A stretch of DNA of 63,943 nt, filler included, from Reclinomonas americana ATCC 50394 (GCA_048213135.1; 16 parts of 16 records of this genome joined end to end with filler, not necessarily neighbours in it), one strand, 5' to 3'. Shown: positions 1 through 13,103, numbered from the whole stretch's first letter. Numbers and translations are program-made. Notes: a model not told the origin generated them from the letters alone.

Positions 1-139
1 GGGTAAGAGCAAAGGGGGAAGAGCAGAAGGAAGACCAAGGGGGAAGGCGAAGGGGGGAAGAGCAAGGGGGAAGAGAGAGAGAAGAGAGGGGAGAGAGAGA
101 GAGAGAGCGAGAGAGAGAGAGAGAAGAGAGGGAGAGAGA

Positions 140-741
140 TCCCTGCCAGCCTCTCACAACAGACGCAACAGACGTACACAGTGACGACAGCTTGATAGTC
201 GTGTGCCGGGTTTGAGGTACCGTCAACATCAACACACAGGAAGCGCCGTCCACCGGCCTGGTCACTGGCAGTGGAGAACACAATCGTCACGCTGCCGGCA
301 TCCGTGGGGACCGGTGTTGTGCTCGTAATGAGTGTCGACGCAGCAGCACTGGTGCAACTGGCGTCGGTGAACATGGAAAGAGAGGAAACCCCAGCAGTGA
401 AGGCGGTGGAGGCAAAGGCAAAGTCCACAGCTTGATTCGCGACGCCCGCCTTGATTACAATTTCGGTCGGCGTGAACCCTGCAACAAGAATGAGCACACG
501 CACACGTGACAGTGATAGGGGGTGGTACACAGAGTGCGGAAGCAGATAGACAGGTAAGGGAACAGGAAAAAACAGGAAAGGGGTTTGAAAAAATAAGCGC
601 GCGAAACCACAGAAGATGCCGTTACAAAACTAAAAAATGGAGACACTCACCGCTCTGGATTGCGGCAGCGCCAGCGCAGAGGCCGATGACAAGGAGCAGC
701 ATTGGAACTGCCCATGACGAGCGCTGAGTGCGTGTCATCAT
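140..741 (-). CDS. Secreted/surface protein of unknown function, 5' part (3' boundary approximate; gene probably continues off the left edge)
   Basis: Exon 741-651 encodes MMTRTQRSSWAVPMLLLVIGLCAGAAAIQS (signal-peptide-like) and ends at a GTGAGT donor. A phase-matched acceptor at 478 continues GFTPTEIVIKAGVANQAVDFAF...RRFLCVDVDGTSNPAHDYQAVVTVYV, which looks beta-strand-rich. Confidence 0.55.
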
Positions 742-2176
742 CCTTTCTGTCTGTGTCGAGGAGAGAGAGCAGACATGTCCGGATAATGTCAGCCGCGTAA
801 ACAGCGCCAATACAGCTGCCAAACCACATTAAATGACAACACACTCACCGAGATATCGCTGCGTGTGCGCTCTTTCAAGTGGCTCGTCTCTCCTCACGCA
901 CCAATGACGATGGAAACACACAAGCCGACAGACACGGGACATTCGTTCGCAGCAGCAGAACACCGACGACGTTGTTGGTCGCCCGCCGCTTGAGACGCTG
1001 TGTGCGGCGTCGTCGTGCCGCGTGGAAGGAGCAGTCGGACGACATCTGGTCTTGACCGGCGGGCTCCATGTCGATTGACGACAGACACTCTGTTTGCGTG
1101 CAGAAGGTGAGCAAACAAAAGTAAGGAGAGCAAAAGAAGCATGTGAAATGAGAACAGTGGCAAGAAGAAGAGAGAAAGAAATACGAGAGCGAGGGGATAG
1201 AGAGAGAGAGACAGAGACAGAGAGAGACGCAAAGGCAGACAAACGACGAGAAAGGAGAACAGGGGTGAATAGAAACGAGGAGAAAGCAAGACAGAGAGAG
1301 ATAGACAGAAGGAGGAAAGAAGCATGAGCACAGAGTGTGAGAGATAACAGGAGGAAGGGCAGGCTCAGCAGGAGGAGAGATGACAAGAAAACCACGAGAA
1401 GGAGTCACACGAGTAAGTGGCGACCATGCACACGAACGGAGAGAAACGCAAGATGAATGTCAGGAGGCATGACAGCAAACAAAGTCCTCACCTCCCCTCA
1501 TCCAAACAGAATGCACTTGCTTCGTATCACTCGCCGTCATTGTGTGGTCAGAAGAGAGGCCGCTACGCCCGCACGAAGCTGTGAGGTGAATGAACGCGTG
1601 AGAGACAAGAGAGGGAAACACAGCTTGACTTGATGGTACAAGAATGGGGGTGGACAGCATGATGGAGAACCATTCAGATGCTCGCTTCTCACCTGCAGCA
1701 GATAAGAAAGGGTGTCACAGGCGCAAGCACCGTCTCTCTCTCCTTTGCTTGCTCTCACTCTCCGAGTGCACATGAGGGAGAAGAAGGTGAGAGGAGGAGA
1801 GGTTTGCTGAGCCCCTACTTTCCTGCTCCTCCTCTGCCACCCAGTCTCTCACTCTCTCTCTCTCTCTCTGTGTGTGTGTGTATATGTGTGTGTGTGTTCC
1901 TCACAATATGCCCTCATCCTTTGCACACACAGACGTAGCACCACACGCTGAGAGTCGCCCGGGCCACTGACCTTGCGTGTCACTCACGCATCACAATATG
2001 GATGAATCTCCTTCTCTCTACTCGTAGCGCCTCACAATAGTCCGCAGGATGGCAACCCCGCTTCAACACACGACACAATTCGCACGTCGCACGTGCGGTC
2101 ATTTGAATGAGAAAGAGAGTCGTGTCCTGCGACCAACTGCTCACACTCAGCGAACTCGGACGACCACGCAACGGTG

Positions 2177-2186
2177 ATGACTACAA

Positions 2187-2243
<57 letters not shown>

Positions 2244-3221
2244 GGAGTGCGTATGTTCTTGTTTGTATGCATCTGCACTCAACTTGCCTCTTGCACTTGT
2301 GTTCTACTTGCCCTTCACGTGGCCACATGTACATCTGCATGCACTCCCTGTGTGTGTGTATGCGTGTGTATGTGTGTGTGTGTGTGCGTTCGTGTGCACG
2401 AATGTGCGTGTGCGTGTGTGTCACACCCGCGCCCTGGCGCACAGGTTCTGGAGGGACACACACACTGGGTGCTCACTGTCGCCGTCGCTCCCGACGGGCA
2501 GCACATTGTCAGCGGCAGTCATGACCGTTCAGTGCGAGTGTGGTCGCTGGTGACTGGAGAGCAAGTGCGACTGCTGGAGGGGCACACTGACGGAGTGTAT
2601 GGTGTTGCCGTCACTCCCGATGGTCTGCATGTGGTGAGCGGGAGTCAGGACCGAACAGTGCGAGTGTGGTCACTGGCAAGTGGCGACGAGGTGCGACGGT
2701 TCGAGGGAGACACTGGACAGGTGTATGCCATTGCCGTTACTCCCGATGGTCAGCACATATTGAGTGGAGGCAATGATCTTTCGGTGCGAGTGTGGTCGCT
2801 GGCAAGTGGCGCGGAGGTGCGACGGTTGGAGGGACACACTCCTGTGGTGTCGTATATTGCCGTCACTCCGGATGGCCAGCACAGCGTCATTGGCGGTAGT
2901 GACGAAGCAATCCGCGTGTGGTCTTTGGCGAGTGGTGCAGCAGTGCGACGGCTGAAGGGACAGACATCGATGGTGACGTGTATCGCCATCACGGTTACAT
3001 GGATTGTGAACAGGCTCTCACCTTTGCTTGTTTTTCTTTCTCGCTGCGCGTTCTGTCATGCAGTGGTGAGTACCGAGCGTCTTTGGCAAACCGAATTTCG
3101 TCGTGGTTTGGATTTGTCTCAAGATTTAGCAAAGATAAACCAAAGCATTGTATGCACTCGGCAGGCTGTGTCGCCGATCTTGTCTGCTTCACGACGGTTG
3201 GCAAGGAGGACGGAGGATTAG
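2177..3221 (+). CDS. WD40-repeat protein (four complete, highly similar repeats plus a partial fifth; start and end uncertain)
   Basis: Exon from 2445 encodes repeated 42-aa units LEGHTxxVxxVAVTPDGQHIVSGSxDRSVRVWSLASG. A possible first micro-exon ATGACTACAAAG (2177-2188, MTTK) is in phase. Confidence 0.85.
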
Positions 3222-3634
3222 ACACCGATTTTCAATGGCGGGTGCCGTCGAGTTGTCGACTGCGCGTTGGTGAGCTCTGTCTCTGGCTTCGCAGCAGCTG
3301 TGGTGAGTGTACCTTAAGATGCACATTTTTGTCTTGTCTTGTCTTGGCTGCCAGTTGGTGAAATGCTCATGTGTCTCGCCAATAACAGAAATTAACGTTG
3401 ACGGAGACTACATGCATGCCAGTGATATCTGTATCGCAGTTTTCCAAACCCTCGCCACCACAGTACACGCCGCTCTTGTTGAACGCACCGCAGCTTGTCG
3501 CACGCCACACACACACACACACCACGCATCTCCGCACGACAGAGTTCGTCTGCGAGAAGTCAGAATTACTCCGAAGCGAGTGGTGTTCGGTGCGCGAAGA
3601 TTCATTTCTTTCTCTCGTCGCCCGTGAGCAGAGC

Positions 3635-6054
3635 ATGTCTCGTACATTCGTCAGCTGTCTGTTTTTCGTCGTGGTGTGTGTTGTCGCGTACTGCGCCAGC
3701 ACCGCGGCAGCGCAGGGGGGGAGCTGCGCCGGCAACGTGGGCGCCTGCAATCCCAACGGCGTCTGCAACCTGTCGACTCACCAGTGCGAGTGCTACAACA
3801 AGTTGCGCCATGTGCACACACACGCGCGCACACGCACTATTGATGATATATGGCCACCGCTCTGCACAGCTGCGTCAACTTTGGCGGCAACGACAACCGC
3901 TGCGCCGCGTGGAAGGGACCCTTCTGCTCGTGCCATGGTATGTCCTGTATTCGAAAACAGAACTCATTTTTCCGCCCTCATCGTGTGTGTGTTTTTTGCG
4001 TGGCACGCAGATTTTATCACCTGCGGCGCACACGGCAACTGCAACAACAACAACCCGCCCACTTGCACGTGCGACGCTGGCTACTCGGGCACGCACTGCG
4101 AGATTTCCCCGCAGCCGCCGCCACCGCCGCCGCCACCGATCACCCCACCGTCGGCGTACCCCGTGCCGACGGGCGGCAACACGACGTGCACTCCCGACGC
4201 CAACGGTAACGACGTTCGCTGCGGTGCGCACGGCAACTGCACCGCCAACAAGTGTGTGTGCCACACCAACTGCATTGGTGGTGTGTGTGACAAGTGGCGT
4301 GATGGAGCTGATGGTGAGTGGGAGGGGAGAGAGGGGAGAAGGAAGGAAGAGGGAAGGGATAGAGAAGGCACTTGATGGCAGATGATTGTGTGCCTGTTTG
4401 TGTGTGTGTGCTTGTCGTGTAGTTTGTTGAATGCACTGTTGAGAGTCACATGGAGAGGGATGGGGAGGGAGAGGGAAGGGAGAGGGAAGGGAGAGAGAAA
4501 GAGAGGGAAGGGAGGGAAGGTAGTGAGAAGACTTTTACAGGAGCAGGTGATGTTTGTGTTGTGCACTTGAAGGCGTTCTCCGTATTGTCGAAGTTGCGGC
4601 ACGGAATGACAGGAAGAGGGTGGGGAGGGAAGGGAACAAGAAGTCTTATGCAGGGGCAATGTACAGTGCACCTCCTGTTTCGCCGTGTAATACACTGTTG
4701 AGAATGACAGAGAAAGAAAGAGGGAATGGGTGAGAGGCTTCTAAAAAAATCAGGCGATTGTGTGTCTGCTGTTATATGTGTGTGCACTGGCCAGGGAACC
4801 GTTCTCCGTGTTGGCGAAGTTGGGAAAATGCACTGTTGAGAGTGACAGAGAAAGGAGAGGGAAGGGGGTGAGAAGATTTCAGCAAAGGCACGTGATTGCG
4901 CTCCTGTTTATGTGTCCACGTGCACTTGGTGTGCTGTGTTCGCGATGTAGCTTGTTAAATGCACAGTTGAGTGACGCGGAGTGACAGGAAGAGGGTGGGA
5001 GAGAGAGGAATGGAGGGAAGGGAGGGAAGGGAACAAGAAGACTTATGCAAAGGCATGTGAGAGCTTTTTTTTGAATGAACAGTGCACCTGTTTCGCCGTG
5101 TGAGAATGACAGAGAAAGAGAGAGGGAAGGGGACAAGATGACTTGTGCAAAGGCAGGTGATTGTGTTCCTGTTTTCGTGTGTACAACTGCCGCGTCCACC
5201 ATATTGAGAACGAAGTTTGTTAAATACACTGTTGAGAGTGGCTGAGAGTGAGAGGCGGAGGAAGAAAGAGTGAGAACTCCAACCAAGTCTCCTACACTAA
5301 CTCATCCGTTTCTTTCCCCTTTCCCCCTTCCCCCTTCCTCCTTCTCCCCTGTTTCCCCCTTCCCCCTTCCCCCCTTCCCCCTTCCCCCTTCTCCGCAGGC
5401 CCCTGCACACACTGGCCTGGCCTCTTGCCTCTGCAGGCCACCTCCTACGGCTCCACGTACTCGCAGCTGAGCAACCAGTGGTGGACGTGGGTGCTCTCGG
5501 TGCCGGCCGATCACGAGCCCCTCTTTGACACCACCGGAGTCGACGCTGGCGTGGGCCAGGCCGGTCCCGTGTTCTTCATCGGCGGACTGTTTGGCACTGG
5601 CGCGGTCACGCGCACCATTACGGTGCCCGCTGGCAAGGCCCTCTTCTTCCCGCTGCGCAACACGTCGTGGATCGACGACACGCGCAAGGTGTCGGGCGCC
5701 GGCCAGGCCGTCGTCGACCAGCTCAACCTCGACAACCGCACGTACGAGACGTCGCCGATTCTGCCGCTGTACCTCACCATTGACGGCCTCCCGTTCGCCG
5801 ATCAGTACCTGCGCCACTTTTACGTCGAGGGCTTCACGACGATTGTGATCCAGCCGGGCAGCATTGTCGACGGCCTCGGTGGCCCCACGGGTCCGTGGGC
5901 GGCCGACACGACAAAGCTCGACGTGCTCAACGCCGGCTGGTACGTGCTGATGTCGCCCCTGTCGGTCGGCAACCACTCCGTCACGTTTGGGTATCACAAC
6001 CCGTCGGATGCCACCGACTTTTTGGAGATCTCCTATAGCATTCATGTGGCGTGA
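3635..6054 (+). CDS. Secreted EGF-like repeat protein with a C-terminal prokaryote-type domain of unknown function
   Basis: Exons 3635-3801, 3870-3937, 4011-4313 and 5399-6054 are all phase-compatible. They encode a signal peptide, EGF-like units (CGAHGNC...CTCDAGYSGTHCE), a poly-Pro linker, then TYSQLSNQWWTWVLSVPADHEPLFDTTG...GQAGPVFFIGG...RTITVPAGKALFFPL. Confidence 0.75.
4380..5250. repeat. Degenerate tandem duplications inside the EGF-gene intron
   Basis: The motifs (aa/ta)tgcactgttgagagtgacag, ggagggaagggaacaagaag(t/a)cttatgca and gttctccgt.ttg.cgaagttg recur several times. Confidence 0.6.
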
Positions 6055-6936
6055 GGAGGAGAAGGGAAAGGAGGAGAAGGGTGAGAAGGAGAAGGAGGGA
6101 AAAAAGGAGAAGGAGAAGGAGAAGCCGTTGTCAGGTGTAAGGGTGGAGGAAAACATTATAAACACTTGACAAGCGACGCACCGAGAATTGCTTTCATTCC
6201 CCTTGTTTGTTGACCAGCAGGGCTGCTGTGAAACTTGCAGTGAAGCTGCGAAGGGAAGGACCAAGTTAAGAATGCAGGGGGAGTATGTCATTTGGGCGGC
6301 GCACGTGGCTAGCTGCCTGTGTTCGCGTCAACACCGCACGGCAGTAACTGCTGACACTGACCTTGTTTTCACGCAGCCAGGATGTCTTGCACGTTCTTCC
6401 CTCCCACTGCCATCACTGTACATAATGACGACAACAACAACAACACTGTGTCTGTGGTCAACGTCGCCTTCAATCCTCATAAGCAGTCCTCTTGTTTCTC
6501 CGCCACAGTGTCGAAATCACTCCTGCTGCAACAATGACAAGAACAACAACAACTGCACCTACCGCCTGCTCAAGCCACCGCCGATATGAATCTCACCAAC
6601 AACACTCGATTCTCCGCTCTGTTGCTAAGTACTGGAAACGCGTGAAACGGACTTCTTTTCATCTCACTTTCGGATCCCACCTCCCTGCTGGTTGCAAGTG
6701 CGTAGGTATGAAGGAGAGACACACCATACCATACCCCATGGAGGAATACGCCTCCTCTCACTCCCTTTCTGCTCTCCTATCTGTCAAGTAGGTGGAGAGT
6801 TAATGAATCACTACTTATCAAGCGCCACAGTGACTGGCACGTTTCCTCTCACTCTACTTCCCTTCTCCTCCTTATCACTTGTCAAGCAACACGGCAGATT
6901 GGTACACTTCCTCTTACTTCCTCCTCCCCCTCCTCC

Positions 6937-7735
6937 TCATTCCTGGTACTCCTCCATCACCTCCGCCTCTGCCACCTCCTCCTGCTGCATGTCGTCGACC
7001 AACTGCGCTGCCGGCGCACACGAGTCTGTCTGCCAGCCGACGTTGCCCGACTCAATGTCGTACACCGCACCGACCACCCACAGTGAGCCCTTCTGAATGT
7101 AGGGGCTGATCAGCGGTGACTGGTTGTTGACGAGCTGGCCGACGACCAGGTCCACGTTCTCGTTCACCGCCGCGTCAATGGTGACGCGACCGCCGTTCTT
7201 CTTGGCGGCGTTCTCCACGGCCGGCACAATGCGGCGCACGAGGCGCGCGAGACTGCGGCTCGGCATCTTGGCCGAGCTGTCCTTGAAGGATTGGATGGCC
7301 TTGGTGACGGCGCCGCACTTGGTGTGGCCTGCGATGGGGGAGAAGGGAGGGGGAAGGGAGAAGTTGGGGAAAGGGGGTAAAGGGAGGGGAGGGGGTGAGA
7401 GAAAAACAGAGAGTGAGAGAGAGATATAATTCAGAAAGAAAGAAGCGNNNNNNNNNNNNNNNNNNNNNNNNNNNNNNNNNNNNNNNNNNNNTTAATTAAT
7501 TAANNNNNNNNNNNNNNNNNNNNNNNNNNNNNNNNNNNNNNNNNNNNAGAGAGAGAGAGAGAGAGAACAGGGGTCGCACATGCACACTCTCTTTTCTTTC
7601 TTTCTTTCTTTCTCTCTCTCTCTCTCTCTCTCAGTTCTCCGCACCAGACTGCGACGAGCTGCGCGCGGCCACCGCCACCACCACGAATGACAAGAAGACG
7701 ATCACGACCACAAATGACCAACTGAGCTTCATCAT
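6937..7735 (-). CDS. Beta-class carbonic anhydrase with predicted signal peptide (middle exon(s) lost in the gap)
   Basis: Exon 7328-6937 encodes GHTKCGAV (Zn-ligand HxxC), ENV and VVGAVYDIESG, typical of the beta-CA C-terminal half. Upstream exon 7735-7645 encodes MMKLSWSFVVVIVFLSFVVVAVAA. Confidence 0.85.
7448..7547. other. Artificial 100-nt assembly linker, first of 15 (others start at 9200, 10869, 12161, 21572, 24774, 29756, 32829, 39050, 45745, 47344, 53811, 57797, 59191, 62656)
   Basis: Identical N44-TTAATTAATTAA-N44 blocks that give stops in all six frames, usually flanked by microsatellites or other repeats. Confidence 0.98.
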
Positions 7736-8780
7736 CTGTGAGAGAGAGAGAGAGAGTGAGAGTGAGTGCAAGGGGAGGGCGAGAGCAAGTGCCTCTCACT
7801 CTGTGTGTGTGTGTCTGCTCACAATGCAAAGAGAGAGCACAAGATATCCAGATTTGCTCGCGCATTGTATCACTGTCCGCCGTGTGAAGATATCTCGGAA
7901 TTATCGCAATGTGCGTGTAGTGGGGAGGAGAGGTGGAGGAGGAGATTTCGGGAAGCGCGATGCGGTCGGTGCATGTCGCCGTGTCCGACGAGAGAAAACG
8001 GGCGCCGGTGGTCCTCGCTTTTGAAATTCCTGTACAAGATCGCGCGTACGACGACAACCACAACGAGAACAACAGCAGAGTGAGTGACGCACAGCGCTCA
8101 GTTAGACTCGCGTGTCTGCGCAAACATCGATTTTCCTTTCTCGCTGCGACAGTTGCCGGCGTAACTCTCTCCGCACGTGCACGGGACTCCTTGCCTCACC
8201 AGCGGTACTGCACTTCGATTCGCACAGGCAAGTACATGCTGATGCACAAGCGCCAACATAAATCTGCACATCGATACCGGTACCGATATCTTGATCTTGA
8301 AATTGATCGACTGCAATTGCCGCGTGCACTTCTCGCTTTTACTCCTCGACTTGGCGTCAGTGTGTCTCCTTCTCCATGTCCCATCTGCTCCACTACAATC
8401 ACCGCACGCAGGCAAGCAACAGCTGATACACAAGCGCCAATATCGTGTTCGATATCTCATGATCGATTTCGATTTATCGCACACCAGCCAGCACGCGTTT
8501 GCGTGGCTATGCCTCCTGAAAGGGAAGATGATTGTTTGGAGAAGATGGTGATTGTTTGTGCCTTGGTCATTGTCGGCAAGGGCCCGGGATTTGTGCACGT
8601 TGCTTTGTTTTGTTTGTTCGAAATCTCGTGATCGATTGCAATTGCTAATTGCAGTTCCACCTTTCACTCCTCGACTTCACGTCTGTGTGTCTCCGTCTCC
8701 ATGCCCCATCTACTCCTCTACCAAAACACCGCATATACTGCCCACGATATCCACTTTTGCTCGCTCTGTCCATGTCGGAG

Positions 8781-8787
8781 TATAAAA
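8781..8787 (+). promoter_or_regulatory. Putative TATA box of the RasGAP gene
   Basis: TATAAAA 55 nt upstream of the ATG at 8836, in the divergent region between the beta-CA and RasGAP genes. Confidence 0.4.
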
Positions 8788-8835
8788 GGCGCGAAAAACT
8801 ATCTTTTTACTTGCTTTCTCTCTTCTCTCTCTCAA

Positions 8836-10817
8836 ATGGCGTCGACCTCAGCCGACGCGCTCTGTCACGCCTACTGCACGGCGTTTGTCAGTGATGAGCG
8901 GTGAGAGAAAGAGACAAAGAGTGGGGAAGAATGCTCGTGTGTGAGCAAGACAAGTCACTCTCTTTCTTTTGCTTGTGTGCGCTCTTCTCTGTGTGTGCGT
9001 GTGTGTGTGTGCTCGTCTTCTCTGTCAATGTGCATAGCTTGATTCTCTCGCATTCTGTCTCTGACGCAAATGCACGAGTCAGTCAATCACTCACAAACTC
9101 ACTCGCACACGCAGAGAGAGAGAGAGGAGGGAGAGAGAGAGAGAGAGAGAACGACACAGAGAGAGAGGAGGAGAGTGACACAGACAGAGACAGAGAGAAN
9201 NNNNNNNNNNNNNNNNNNNNNNNNNNNNNNNNNNNNNNNNNNNTTAATTAATTAANNNNNNNNNNNNNNNNNNNNNNNNNNNNNNNNNNNNNNNNNNNNC
9301 TTGCAGCCTCCTCCACGCGCTCTACAAATGCTGTCGCAAGTCCGACATGGAGAGCCTCCCTGCGCTGCTGCTGCAGCTGTCCACCAAGGCCAACACCACA
9401 GGTGAGGCTCTTGGACAAGAGAGACGGCTGAGAGGGGTGCCCCCTGTGAGAAACAATGGGTTGCATCTGTTGGCAAGAGAGAGAGAGAGAGAGAGAGAGA
9501 GACGGCGAGCTATCATCTTCTGCAGATCGCGCTTGATGAGGCCCGTGAGCTTTCGATCGTCTGACAATGCGCAGAGACTGTGTCAGAGTGAGGTCGGCTT
9601 TCATTGAAGAAGGAAACAGAGACGGCAGGCGATTACCCTCTGCGGACTTGTTGCTTGATGCGAGGGCAGTGAGACAAGCAGAGATGTGTGGGACAGCCTG
9701 CTTCTCTCTTTTCATTCACCAAGAAGAGATAGAGAAATCCAGCGATGCATTAAGAGACAGGTCGCATTCTGTGAGTGAGTCTCTGCGCGCGAGTTTGTGA
9801 GAGCGAGAATCACTAGCGAAGAAAGACTTGTGACTGTATAGCAAGGGATTTGTGGACATTTGTCGCATTATTGCAATGTGGTGAATGAAGTGTTATTCTT
9901 TCTCATTCCGTCTACTCTCAGACGCCGTTCTTCGCGCTCTGATGCGTGCCGAGTTCTCTCGATTCGCCTCGACGGATCCGTTCGCCACCCTGCGCGGTGC
10001 GACGCTGACCACGAAATTCCTCGACGCCTACGTCCGTTGCGTTGCCGGGCACGGAGTGGCGGTGACGTCGCTCTTCATCATCTCGTACTCACTGACCCCG
10101 CCCACACAGAGCGCGGCAACGTCTCCGCCTACCTGCACCAACTGCTCCACGACGTGCTCGGCCGCATTATCCAGTCGCCCGCCAGCTTCGAGATCGACAT
10201 TGAGTTGCGTTTTCAGTCGCGTTCAATAGGTGTCCATCTCGTTTTCATGCCCTCTCTCCTGATGCACGGGGTCTCATGCCCTCTTCCACCGCTATTGCAT
10301 TTCGCTCCGTTTTCCACACGCGCTTGCTCTCCTTTCCTCTCGTGGCCTCTTCTCCTGCTTGTTTCCAATCACGCATATCTGCATTCTTGTTTTCTGCTCG
10401 TCACTTTCCTGTTGTTGTCCGTTCGCGCTTGCTCGCCTCCCTCGTCCGTATCTCACTCGCGCCAGTTGCTCTTCCTTTCTCTTTTCCTCGCCTTCTGTCC
10501 CTCTCGTTTCGTATCGCCGCGCGTGGTCTTTGTCTTTCCCCAAGTCTCTCTCTCACTCTTTCTCTCTCGCCCTCGTCTCAGATTTCGTCCCCGCGTGCGC
10601 TCTCTGTCACTCTCCATGTCATTTCCCTCCCCCTCTCTCTTTTTTTTCGCATTCGTCTCAATTTCCGTCCAAGCGTGCGATCTTTGTCTCTCTCCATCTC
10701 ATTTCCCTCCGTCTCTGTCTTTCTCGCTCTCGTCTCGATATCCGTCCCCACGTGTGGTCTTTGTCTCTCCCGTTGTCATTTCTCTCCCTTGCACTCTTTC
10801 TCTCCCCCTCTCACTCT

Positions 10818-10868
<51 letters not shown>

Positions 10869-11009
10869 NNNNNNNNNNNNNNNNNNNNNNNNNNNNNNNN
10901 NNNNNNNNNNNNTTAATTAATTAANNNNNNNNNNNNNNNNNNNNNNNNNNNNNNNNNNNNNNNNNNNNTTTCTTCTCCCTTCGTCACTCTTTCTCTCCCT
11001 CCTCACTCT

Positions 11010-11047
<38 letters not shown>

Positions 11048-13103
11048 GTCTCTGTCTCTGTCTCTGTCTCTGTCTCTGTCTCAGCTCTCTCCTTTCCTCT
11101 CTTGTCCTCCCCATGTCCTCACTCTTCTCCCTTCCCCCTTCTACCTCCCCAGCCGCCTGTTCGCCGAGCTCCCCGCAGAAGACCCCGCTTCTGCACCCGC
11201 ACCTCCACCACCCGAGGCAGAGGCAGAGGAGGATGAGGAGGAGGAGAGCGCAGACACCGACCCGGAACGCGACGAGCTTGACGAGCTGACGCGCACCACG
11301 GTCCGCGTGGAGAACCAGGCGGCCGTCAACGCCGCGGAACTCGAGCGCGCCTGCGACGACGTTCTGCGTCAGATCACCGCCGCCACCGCACTCGAGAGCA
11401 TGCCGGTGGAGTTGCGCCACGTGCTGCACCTGATCGCCGCCATTGCCGGCGAGTTCGACTACGAGGATCCCACCCCGTTTGTCGGCGGCTTCCTCCTGCT
11501 GCGCCACATCAATCCCACCATTATGTTTGCGCGGGAGCGCGGCGTGCTCGACGTGGAAGTGTCGCCGCAGCAGCGTCGCAATTTGGCGCTGGTGGCCAAG
11601 TTGCTGCAGGTGAGGCGGAGAGGGAAAGGGAGGGGGAGGGGGAGGGAGAAGGGGAGAGAAAGGCAAGCGAAGAATAACGGAACAGGAGGATGTTAGGCGG
11701 AAGGTGGTTTGGAGGATCGCAGAGCGCGAGGGAGAGGGAAAAGAGAGACAGTAAGAGAGAGAGAAGGGGGGGAGAGAAGAAAAGGAAGGAGCGGAGAGGG
11801 GGCTGAAAGGCGGGTGGATATGAGAGGGGGAAAAGGTATGGAAGCAGAGGGGAACAGCAAGACAGGTACAAAGTAAACGGAGGGAAACTGGGAAATATAT
11901 CGCGGTCGAAGACAGAGAGAAGGCAAACATACAGAGGGCAGGGAGAGGGAAACAACCTAGAAGAGTGACGGGGCGGAAGAGTGAAGGAGACGCAGACGGA
12001 GAGAAAAGGGAAGCAGAGTTTCATGGCTGTGCAGGCAAAAGGCAGAATGGCGAGAGTAAGAGTGAGAGTGAGGAAACAGAAAAAAGGAAGTGAACAGAGG
12101 GGAATGGCCAAAACAGGGAGGGAATACGCGATGGAGAATCGCAGACAAACGGCGAGCAGGNNNNNNNNNNNNNNNNNNNNNNNNNNNNNNNNNNNNNNNN
12201 NNNNTTAATTAATTAANNNNNNNNNNNNNNNNNNNNNNNNNNNNNNNNNNNNNNNNNNNNAGAGAGAGAGACGAACGTGGGAAGAAGAAGAAGTTCGAAG
12301 GGAGAGCACAGGCAAAGAGAGAGAGGAAAGAGGAAAGGGACAAAATGGAAGAAGCAAATGACAGCATGATACAGATTTTTGGAGAAATGGGAAGGGAGGA
12401 GACAGAGAGAGAGGGACAGACGCAACGTGAAGTGAGGAGGAGACAAACGTGGGAAGAAGAAGAAGTTCGAAGGGAGAGCACAGGCAATAGAGAGTGTGGA
12501 AAGAGATAATAAACAAATTACAAACAGTATGACAGATTTTAGGAGTAATACAGAGGTGGAAGAGAGGTAAAGAAGAGGAAAGGATGCCGTCTCACTCACT
12601 TCCCCTTCTATCTCCCCCTTCCCCCCTCTCCCCCTTCTCCCTTCTCCCCCTTCTCCCCCCTCCAGACACTTTCAAACCGCAGCGAGGCCGGCGCCAAGGA
12701 AGGCTTCATGGCGCGCATGGCCAACTTTGTCAGCGAGCGCGACGCACTCCTCCTCTCCTTCCTCGACCAATGCTCCTCCCGCCCCTCATCCACCACGTCA
12801 ACAACCGACGAAATGCGCGGGAAATCAGACGACGTCGAACTTCGCGACCTCGCCTGCGCACTCCTCGGCGTGACGCACCCGTTGCACGCGGCACTGGTCG
12901 CCGACCTGGAGCTTTTCCACCGCACAGGGGACAGCGCCGACGGCGGCGAAGGCGACGTCGCGCTGTGGTTTGACCGCCTGCATCGCCAACTTCGCGCCGT
13001 CCTCGGACTCGATCAACAGCAACAACAACAAGAACAGGCGCAACAGCAGCAACAAGGTGAGAGTGAGTGTGTGTGTGCAAGGCGGGACAGTGAGAGCATT
13101 TAG
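8836..13103 (+). CDS. RasGAP-domain protein (multi-exon, spans three gaps; 3' end uncertain)
   Basis: Exons 8836-8900, 9307-9401, 9922-~10055, ~10110-10203, 11153-11609 and 12666-13056/13103. Motifs: TLRGATLTTKFLDAY (arginine-finger region), YLHQLL...SFEID, VGGFLLLRHINPTI (FLR-like), RRNLALVAKLLQTLSN...KEGFM. Confidence 0.85.

Noticed and set aside
7933..8631. 232-aa ORF between the beta-CA and RasGAP genes
   Set aside because: No recognisable motifs; it overlaps a local ~110-bp duplication and a dispersed repeat in a divergent promoter region.
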